Of a stretch of 64,000 nucleotides of DNA, positions 24,720-34,232 are shown piece by piece; the stretch's first letter is position 1; every line of letters starts with the position of its first letter. Source of the DNA: Lama glama (Eukaryota); the NCBI GenBank assembly GCA_028534125.1, contig CM052816.1, forward strand, positions 44,084,001 to 44,148,000, given 5' to 3'. The notes under the pieces were generated by a model. It was not told the DNA's origin, searched no databases, and saw nothing but the letters and a program-made list of their open reading frames with translations. A program made the position numbers and the translations under genes.

Positions 24720-27219
24720 GTTCTTCTGTTGACCTTCACGGTCCCACCTGAAATTGAGTTAGATATGAAACAGGGAAGTTTGGGTTATAGGAGGGGTGGG
24801 ATCTGCTAGGCTCACACTCGAAGTCCTATTAGTCCTTTTAGGCCCTCCACGTGAAGAAGTCACCAGTAAGATGATTTTCTGATGTATGTCGCTCTGTAAT
24901 TAATGGACACATCAGAGTTGGATTTGTTCTGATTCCCTCCAGAGTTACATTTACCTCAAACATCCTGACAGTACTCTTCAAATCAAGGATATTTTTCAGC
25001 ACACGTCACATATGCTCCGGGTCTTCACTCATAAGTTTTGGGAGGAACTCACGTGGTGCAAAAACTTCTCTCAACATATTTTTAGTGCTCTAAATCGCCT
25101 TTACTGGCTGGTTCACTATCTGCTGCTCGAGTGCTGGAGCCAAGGGTTTACACACCTGTGGCACATGAGAACTTGCTCTTGTCTGACCGCGGCCAGGTCC
25201 TTTCACCTGGCGATGGTTAGGAAATTAAGCCTTTTATCCAGGGGTAGCCAATCAATCCTAGGTTACAAAAGCCAAACCTTCTGGCTTCCAAACGCTGCTG
25301 TGGGATTTTTTCTTCCAAGTTTCGTTTCTGGATGAAGCCAAGGTTAGTCTCTTCCTGGGACTGTTCTCAGTTTCCCTCTTTTTCCTTTCTTTTCCTTGTT
25401 CCTCCTCCACCTAAGCCTTCTGAGAGCATATTTCTCCTGAAACGGGAAGATTTTAAACTTATTCTGTTATCATAGCAGTCAAATGGTCTGTTTCTCCAGG
25501 GAGTCAGTCAGGTTTAGTAATTTCTAATTTTCTAAGGATGTATCCCTTTCATCTCATTTTCACATTTATTGACATGTTTTCCTGATATTTTTCTATCCTT
25601 TTAATCTCTATGGCACTGGCAATTACATTCCCCATTTCACTCTAAATATTGTTTGTTTCCTCATATTTCCTTGATTCCAGTAGATTTTTGTACTTTATTT
25701 TCCTTTTCAAAGAGGTGGCTTTGGCTTTATTGGTTCTGTTTAATACTGGATTTCTGTCTCATCTATATCTTTAGTTTTTTCCCATGGATTTCTTTACATT
25801 TATTCTTTTTTTAGCTTCTTACCTAATTTATTTTCACACACATTTTTCTAATATATTCAAGTCCCTTTCTATATTTTTTCTTTCCCTTTCCCTATTCCCT
25901 TTCTTTTCCCCTATTTTTTATATTTCCCTTTCTCTATTTTTCTGTTGCTTACAACTATTATGTACTACTTACATATTCACATGTATTTTTCTTATTTTCA
26001 TTATAATTTCTCCTTTGATAAATACGTTTTTTTCTCTTTAATTTCTAAGATTAATTTTTTTCACGGTCACTCTTCTCTACTCTAACTTGTAGTGGCAAGA
26101 GAATGTAATTTATATGATATCAACTCTTGAAAATTTCTTTAGAATTGCTACTGGCCTAGTATATGATCAAGTTTTGTAACTCCTGCCTTTTGATGATGAA
26201 GGTGGGATGGGGGTCAGGGAGGAGAGGAAGGTGTCTTCAGCTGTTGCTTTTGCAAATAATTATGTTCAGGTTCAGTAATCTGTACTGTGTTGTTACTTTT
26301 AGATCTCTGATCTGTTTGTCACTAAGAGAGGTGTTACTATCTCCTTCTACGTTGTTGGATTTAACAATTTTTGCCATTTTCTTTTTTTTCTTTCTTTCTT
26401 TTTTTTTTTTTTGCTTTGTGTATGTTGAATCAGCCTGTTAGTTTCTCACTAGTTTAAGAGTTAGTGTACCTTCCTAGTTCAACTGAATTTGTTAATAGTG
26501 CATAGTGACAGTCTTTATCAATAATAAGGCTGTTTGTTTCAAAGTATGTTTGGCTGGTGAGTAACATAGCTCTGTTAGCCCTTCTTAAGTTAGTATTTGC
26601 TTAGCGTATTTTTTCCCATCCATCTTGCGCCCTATATTCTATATCCTCATGTTCTAGATTTGTCTTTCTTAATTGGCATATGGAGGGGTGGGGTGGGTTT
26701 TTTTTTTTTTTTTTTTTTTTACCATTCTGGCAAACTGTATCATTTTCCTGGGAGTGTTGAGTCCCATTATACTTATTTTAATTGTTGATGTGATTTATAT
26801 TCTATCACCTTGTTTTGTTCTCTATATTTGTATTATTCAGGTTATTTTGCTCTCTATTAGATTAGTTAATTGTATAAAATATCATTGATTTTTATTTCCA
26901 CTTACCAGTTGGGCAGTTATGTGTCTATTTCTATTGTTTTAGTGCTAACTCTAAAAATTTTTAAGTGCATATTTAGATTAAAAATTGTACCATAACACTG
27001 TCCTTCGTCAATGCAATATGAAAATGTTAGTATTTTAATGCTTATATATCTCCACCCAGTTTACATAATATTGTTGTCCAATGTTTTTGTCTTACCCTTT
27101 TTGACTCCACAAATTGTATTTTCTTAACAGCCAAATTTGTTTAGATTTGCATCAATTTATCATTTTCATTGCTTTCACTTCTTGAGTGATTTTCTGAGAT
27201 GACTTTCCTTTTTCCTAAA

Positions 27220-27772
27220 TGTCATATTATGATTTATAATAAGAAATGTGTATTTGCTTTTATCCTTTTTTTTTTTTTGGCACATGGCTCTTAAAATCCT
27301 TGGAATTTCCTGTAATGAGAACTAAAAAGGTATCTTGATATTCATAATAAACCTACTGCAACCACACCTGAATTTATTTAAAACAGGTGACTTTTGGAAA
27401 GCAGCTAAGGATGGGGGCTGGTTGCTATGAGAAACTGACCATGGGATTGGAGGGTTGAAACTTTGAATCTCTGCTCACCTTCTAGGGGTGTGGGGTTGAA
27501 GGTTGAATCGATTGCCAACGGCCAGTGATTTAATTAATCATGCCTCTGTAATAAAGCCTCCATAAAACCTCTAAAACAGGATTGGGTCACCTTCTGGGTT
27601 GATGAAACGTGGGTGGGAGGAGAGGGAGCAGTGTTGTAGGACTGAGTTCTTAACCTGTGGGAGTGGATGCTATCTCCAGGTAAATAAATCATGTCAGAAT
27701 TGAGTTGAATTGTAAGACACTCACTTGCTTGGTGATATAGCAGAACCTATACATGTTGTAATGTGGATTCAG
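27220..27772. mobile_element. MER21-like ERVL LTR nested in the old L1
   Basis: tgtcatattatgatttataataagaaat...atgggggctggttgc...ggccagtgatttaattaatcatgcctctgtaataaagcctccataaaa...taacctgtgggagtggatgctatctccagg are MER21 hallmarks. Confidence 0.85.
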
Positions 27773-28244
27773 AATATGGCTTTAGACATTCTGCTACTGA
27801 GAGCAGGTAAATTGTAGTTCATTTTAGATTTTTTAATCTCAATATTTATGTTAATCATGAATTCTGAAATATCTTCCACTGTAGTTCTTCATGCCTCCTC
27901 TTCTCATTCTGACCGTCTCACTTCATATATGGGACTTCATCTCACTATATTCTTTGGTCTGTAATTTTTTTAATATATTTTTCAACTCATCTCTATGTGC
28001 TATGTTTCAAATAATTTCTTTAGATTATCTTCCAGTTTGCTTACTCTTCTAACTTATTTTTCCAGTGTATTGCTAATATGCATAAATTATTTCTAATATC
28101 AATTAAAATAATTTTACATCTACAGGTTGTTATTTTTAAAGTCTACATGATTAGTGTTTTGTCGGGAGCAGATTGAGTAGGAAAGGAAAATTTCATGAGA
28201 AAGTTGATACTTAACCTGGGCCTTGAAGACTGGCTAGGATATTT

Positions 28245-29065
28245 GTTTCTTAATTTTATAAATATTTTTCAATATGTAATAGTTGAAAGAATAGAATGAT
28301 GAAATAAACACACGTCTGCCTTTTTCCTAAACATAATGATTGTTAATATGTCATTATATTTGCACGCTTACATTGCTTGCTCTACCTGCTTACATACACG
28401 TGGACTTACGTATGTTTTTATTTTTTAAAATAAAATTGAAATTTGAAACTTACAGTATTTTACTTTACCTCTCAGTAATTCAGAATTATATCCCAAGAAA
28501 TTAACATTAGTATAATATTATCTTCTTTATACTCTATATTCAAGATTTTTTAATTGTATCCAAATTATAAATTACAAACTTTTTTTTTTTTAAATCGCAA
28601 GTTCCAGCCAAGGATCATGTCATTTCTCTTTAGTATCTTTAATCTAGAAACAGTGCTTCTCAAAGAGGGCAATTTCATCCTGTGGGACATTGGGCAGTGT
28701 TCACAGACACATTTGCTTGTGGAATTTGTGGAAAGTGGGGAGAGAGCTATTGGCATCTAGCGAGTGGAGACGGGAGATGCTGCTAAACATCCCACAGTGC
28801 GCAGGGCAGCCTCCCACGATGAAGAACCATCCGGCCCAGAATGTCAATAGTGCTGAGGTTGAGGGACTCTGACCCAAAACTGCCCCTTCATCTTTTGGTG
28901 TTTTTTAAATTTTGGGGTTTTTTTTTGCCTTTAATGGAATTGATATTTTTGAAGCGTCAAGTACAGTTGTCTTGTAGTATGTTGAACATTCCAGCTTTGT
29001 CTGATTGTTTCATCATGGCTAAATTTAATTGAAACATTTTGGCAAGAAAATCATGTAGTGATACG
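28245..29065 (-). mobile_element. L1MC4/5-like 3' end, antisense
   Basis: agttgaaagaatagaatgatgaa...gattgttaatatg and acagttgtcttgtagtatg...tttgtctgattgtttcatcatg...acattttggcaagaa match the L1MC 3' UTR antisense. Confidence 0.7.
28651..28871. mobile_element. MER20 hAT-Charlie MITE (near full length)
   Basis: cagtgcttctcaaa...gctattggcatctag...gatgctgctaaacatcccacagtgcgcagggcagcc...ccggcccagaatgtcaatagtgctgaggttgagggactctg; about 220 bp. Confidence 0.92.
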
Positions 29066-30497
29066 TGCCTTGTCATTTTTATAGTCTCTTGTTCTTCATT
29101 ATTCTTCCAGTATCTTGCCTGACTTCTTTAAATGCCTTCTTATCACATTATTTGTCATTTCTTTAGGTCTGAGGTCCTCTGTGGAGTTTCTTGGTTTTGG
29201 TTACTTGTTTCAACTGATTCTCAATTATAGTGGGTTATTATTAACATGTTTCGGGGTTTTTTTGGAGGGATAATATTTGAATATAAATTCATGGCTTTTG
29301 CTTTTTTATATGTGGAAACTCTGACATCCAGATTTAAAGAGGTTTTTCGGTTTTTTAATTTTAAGGAAGTATTTAAATTTTCTTTATTTTTCTTGCCAAA
29401 GAGTTAATTAAATTATCACCCCCAAATTCATGTGACTGCTTAGAATTTCTCTTGGATGATAGACATGTATTTCTGTTATTTCATTCTTTTTGGCGGGTTT
29501 TTAGCTGGTGGATTCACTGGGGGATGTTGCCCTTTTGTAGTCTAGTTGTGTGTTGTATTCCCCAACTTCTTTTTTTCTTTTCCTATATCTCCAAGGCTGT
29601 TCTCCGTGCTTGTGTGGACACAGATGTAGGTTGATGGAGATTAGCATATTCTTCAGGGCAACCACCCTTTCTTCTTACTTACCTCCCTGGTTTTTGGCTT
29701 TCTTGTTGTCTTGGACCCCCAGCCACTTTCTTTATTGTTCTGACAGCTGCTCTATGCATTTAGAAATATATTTTCTCTCTTCAGCATTTTAAGTGTTTCC
29801 TTCCCTCTCCCTTGAAAATTTCGTGAATACACTTCCACATTTTGTCAGAAACAGAAGTCTTTTTATTCAGTTTTTAACATTAAATCGTCATTCCAAGTCT
29901 TCCAGTTTGGACTTGCATGCAAATGAATGGTATTCTAAGCAGTACACAGGAATAGACCTCTCTTCTATTGTAAAACTGTGCTAAAGAAACTTCCAAACTG
30001 GGAACTGACATCACCGGCTTTAGTGTTTCCCATTGGCTGGTGCCACCAAATCAGGATCGAAATTTACCTCTGTACCCATGTTGACTAAACCCTAGCTTTG
30101 GGATGAATTGCTCTTACTTCAACTTCCTAATGAGTTATATATGTCACACCATACCATCCTTTTCCTCCCCTGGTGTGCCATTTACAGCCAGATGTCTGCA
30201 TATGTTCTTTTACTGTCTGAAACTTCTTGAAAGGAGGCAAGTATAATTTATTTTTTATGGGAAAAAAATAAACTAGACATCTAACAGATTTTTTCAAGAG
30301 TCATTAAATGATGATGCTATTAGACTTAATTTATTTACTAAATATGTACTGAGCTCCTTTCTTATAACAAGCATAATATCAGAAATTTGGAGATACAACA
30401 AAACAAACATTGCCTTCACTTAGTATGATAATCTCTAGGTCCATCCACGTTGCTACAAAACAATATTTCATTCTTTCTTATGGTTGAATAACAATTT

Positions 30498-30500
<3 letters not shown>

Positions 30501-30548
<48 letters not shown>
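30501..30548. repeat. Compound (GT)n(AT)n microsatellite inside the L1
   Basis: About 16 GT units followed by about 8 AT units, seen directly. Confidence 0.95.
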
Positions 30549-30676
30549 CTCACATCTTTATCCATTCATCTGCTGATGGACACCAAAATCACTTTCAAGT
30601 CTTGGCCATTGTAAATAGTGCTACTGTGAGCATTGGGATGCATGTATCTTTTTGAATTAAAATTTATCTTTTCCAG

Positions 30677-31039
30677 TTATGCACGGAATGGGATCTTAGA
30701 ATAATATGGTAGCTCTGTTTTTAGGTTTTTAAGGAATCTACATCCTATTTTCCATAGTGGCTGTACGAATTTACATTGCCACCAATAGTATAGGAGGGCT
30801 TCCTTTTCTCTACATTCTCTACAGCATTTATTATTTGTGAACTTATTGATAATAGCCTTTCTGACCAGTGTGAGTTGATACCTCATTGTGGTTTTGATTT
30901 GCATTTCTCTAATAAGTAGTGATGTTGAGCATCTTTTAATGTGCCTATTGGCCATCTGTATGTCTTCTTTGAAAAATTTCTGTTTAGGTGTTCTGCTCAT
31001 CTTTTTATTGGGTTGGTGATATTTTTTTTTTTTGGTCAT
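30677..31039 (-). pseudogene. Degraded L1 ORF2p C-terminal (Cys-rich) domain fragment
   Basis: [35 protein letters not shown]...WWQCKFVQPLWK matches L1 ORF2p FSKEDI...[17 protein letters not shown]...CWWDCKLVQPLWK. Confidence 0.93.
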
Positions 31040-32499
31040 TGTTACTATGTTGTATGAGCTCTTTATATATTTTGGAAATTAATCTTTTGTCAGTCGCATC
31101 ATTTACAAATATTTTCTCCATAGGTTGTCTTTCGTTTAAGGTTTCCTTTGCTGTGCAAAAGCTTTTAAGTTGGATTAAGTTTCATTTGTTTATTTTTGCC
31201 TTTGTTTATTTTGCCTTGGGAGACTAACTAGGAAAATATTGCTACAACTTATGGCAGAGAATATTTGCCTATGTTCTCTCCTAGGACTTTTATATTGTCA
31301 TGTCTTATATGCAGGTCTTTAAACCATTTTGAGTTTACTTTTGTATGTGATGTAAGGGAGTGTTATACTAAGTGAAGTAAGTCAGAAAGAGAAGGACAAA
31401 TATATGATATCACTTACATGTGGAATCTAAAAAATAATAAGAATGAATTTATTTACAAAACAGAAACATACTTACAGGCATAGAAAACAAACTTGTGGTT
31501 ACCAAAGGAGAAAGGTAGGGAGGAATAAATTAGGAGTAAGGGATTAATAGATAAACACTACTATATATAAAAATAAGTAACAAGGATTACTGTCTAGAAC
31601 AAGAAACTATATTCAATATCTTGTATCCTATAGTAGAAAATAATCTAAAAAAATACATGTATAACTAAATCACTACACTGTACACCTGAACTAACACAAT
31701 ATTGTAAATCAACTATACTTCAATAAAAAATATAAAAATTAAAATATAAAGCCACCATAAACATCAAAAAAAAAACCAAACCAGACATTGCTGGATTTTG
31801 TGATTTACTGAACAATTTGAGGGTGGAGATAATAAAGCTTTTAATTCTATGCATAGTTAAAAACAATGATAGGTAGATATAGAAAAATAATCATTTTTAT
31901 TGGAATAAATGAATTATGAAGTTTTCTCAGAACACTAACTTGCAACTTACATGAAAGGCTACTGGAGTAATCAATGAAGAAAAACATTTAAAAACATTTA
32001 AAACAGATCTTAGTGTATATGAGGAGCTGATATATAGTAAGGGATTGGACTTGTAAACAATAAAAAAGATGTTCTAAGGGTAATTGGAGAACAAAGTAAT
32101 AGGCCTTTGTAATCTAGTCTAAGATTTTATCATATTCTAAAAGAAATAGAAAGCTCCCAAAGAGTTTTAGAAGTAGGAAAGTTAACACTTCTACATAATT
32201 ATTCTGACCACTTTTGGTAAAACTGGATTGACGGGGGATGATGGTAGAAGAGGACAAATCCAGTCTGGAAGCCTTTGTAATAAACCAAAAACGGGATGGA
32301 TATGGCCTGAGATTGTGTTCTGATCCTGAGGGTGGAGAGAAGTAGATAGGGCAAAACAGATTTTGAAGGTAGAGATAGTAATATTTTTGATAGATTAAAT
32401 TCAAAAATGAAGAAAAAACCAAAACAAAACAGAATAGAACTTCCAAAGACTGAGACAGTTTCAAAAGGTGTAACATGGATAATTGGAATGCAAACATGT

Positions 32500-32945
32500 A
32501 CGTATTAATCTAACTATATCCATGATTTCTTTAAGTGTAATCATCTAAATGTACTAATTAAAGGGCAGATACTGTCAAAGTAGATTAAAATAAAAAGTAA
32601 GACTCACCTATATTTCATCTGCAAGAAACACACTTTAAATATAATAGTCCAAGAAAGGTTAAAAGTAAAGAAACCCACCTAGAGAAGCCCAAAGTCAGGA
32701 GCAGGGACAAAAATAAGAACACTAAAGGACATTGAAGCCTCTGGCAGCTGTAGGTAAAACAACATCTAGGCAGATAAGCCTAATTCTCACAATAAAGGCA
32801 TATTTACCTCAGTTCTTATTGTCTAACATATACCCGTCTTTAAACAACAATAACAGAAAATTACAAAGAATTCTGAAGGCAAAAGCAAAACAAACGAACA
32901 AACAAACAAAAAAACAGTTTAAAGAGCCAAAACAATCATCAGGTA
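32500..32945 (+). mobile_element. Old L1 fragments: ORF2 endonuclease start followed by a 5'-region-like piece
   Basis: ctaattaaagggcagatactgtca...tctgcaagaaacacactttaaatataa...ggttaaaagtaaag encodes IKGQILS/LQETHFKY/LKVK, similar to L1 EN; the identity of 32670-32945 is less sure. Confidence 0.7.
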
Positions 32946-33146
32946 AAAACCTGAACGTCACTTTCTTATAGAACCTGAAGGAGGGGTCAATACCAGGGGG
33001 AATATTGAAAATGAAAACCATGGGCAAAGGTTTTCATAGGCTGTGCCACTAGCCAATGGTTTTTCAGAAATGAAATTCATTCTAACCAGCAGATAGTGAG
33101 AATTTAGACTATTGTCAAGTTCATTCTCCCTTTGCCTCTTCTTTGC

Positions 33147-33333
33147 TCTGTGATGCTAAACAAGTGAATTAACCGCTCTGTGCCAATTGTCTTCACTATA
33201 AAATGGAGATAATAATAAGAGAACTTCTTACAGGAGTTTTTAATAAATATTAACTGAGCTCGTTCATATTAGTTGCTTATATCAGTGCTTAGCACATAAG
33301 AAGTGGTCCATAGTGTTAGCTGCCAATATTATT
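33147..33333 (+). mobile_element. MIR SINE
   Basis: aacaagtgaattaaccgctctgtgccaattgtcttcactataaaatggagataataata...cagtgcttagcacataag is sense MIR. Confidence 0.8.
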
Positions 33334-33887
33334 AAAGTGATCTCTGTTGAGAGATGGGATGCGTTATCATGCTCTCTTACCGTGATGATGTGAAAACATT
33401 CACTCACTTTAATCAGTTCCCCTTTGCTTTGATTTCCATATTTACAAAGGAATTTCCCAGTGATGATTTTGCTTCATGTTACATCTGCAGGTATGAAAAG
33501 AATAGCCTGTCATCTTCTGCTTGGGACCTATGGCTGTTAGTTTCATTGTAAATTAATTAATATTCTTATGAAATTAATAATATAAATCTTTCTGTAAGGG
33601 GAAATTGGGCATACTATCTAAACATAGAATATTCTGGTTCCCTGGGTTGGTTATTTCTCAATTAATATGAGGCTGTATTCAAAGTTCCATGAGCTTGGAA
33701 AACGAAACTTCATTCTGATTCTAATCTGCTTTAGAAGTATCAAGAAAAGCAGGTTGGACAGCAGATCGGTAACTTTCTGGCTGATGAAAATCACTGTCTT
33801 AGGAGAGAGTGGGCAGCCTTATCCCAGGCAGACAGCATATGCCTCTGTATGCAGAGATTTTTTTCTCATTTGTGTTTTTAGAATCCA

Positions 33888-34015
33888 TTCTATTATCCTC
33901 ATGTTACAGATGGTGACCAGAGGAGGAAAGTAACTTGCCCAAGGTCACATAAGCAGGAGGGGCAGAGCCTGTACTCGGATTCAGCCTCAACTGATGGCAA
34001 AAGCTTCTCACTGCA
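33888..34015 (-). mobile_element. MIR SINE
   Basis: tattatcctcatgttacagatg...aagtaacttgcccaaggtcaca...ggcagagcc. Confidence 0.8.
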
Positions 34016-34191
34016 TAGACACTTGGTTCCAATAATAGTAAATATAAGAATGATCAGAAAATTATCCCTTTGAGGATGAAAGAGTCATTTGAAATATTTG
34101 TTTAATAATGAGAACTCTATAAAAAGAACTTTGTAAAATCAAAGGAATATTTAAATAATTATGCGATTATGCTTTTAACTGCTGTCTTTTT

Positions 34192-34232
34192 TCTTTCTCT
34201 CTCTCACACACACACACACACGCACATACACG
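34192..34232. repeat. (CT)n(CA)n microsatellite
   Basis: tctttctctctctcacacacacacacacacgcacatacacg seen directly. Confidence 0.85.

Larger units (their letters stand above)
25440..29790 (-). mobile_element. Old L1 (L1ME-like) antisense, ORF2 5' part to ORF1/5' region, interrupted by nested insertions
   Basis: T-rich antisense L1 signature, e.g. gtggcaagagaatgtaatttatatgatatcaactcttgaaaatt...tggcctagtatatgatc (about 26090-26170); resumes after inserts at 27220-27772 and 28148-29065. Confidence 0.75.
30414..31777 (+). mobile_element. Younger 5'-truncated L1 with 5' inversion (cetartiodactyl-type 3' UTR)
   Basis: 30414-31364 is antisense ORF2 end; 31365-31777 is sense 3' UTR ending ctgtacacctgaactaacacaatattgtaaatcaactatacttcaataaaaaa plus an A-rich tail; TSD aaaacaaacattgc (30400-30413) / aaaccagacattgc (31778-31791). 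Confidence 0.93.
30330..32480 (-). mobile_element. L2 LINE antisense, split by the younger L1 insertion
   Basis: L2 tail tttatttactaaatatgtactgagc...ggagatac (30330-30399); continues after 31791 with ggtggagagaagtagata...ttttgaaggtaga. Confidence 0.65.

Noticed and set aside
25784..26888. Hydrophobic membrane-protein-like ORFs
   Set aside because: Translations of T-rich antisense L1 sequence.
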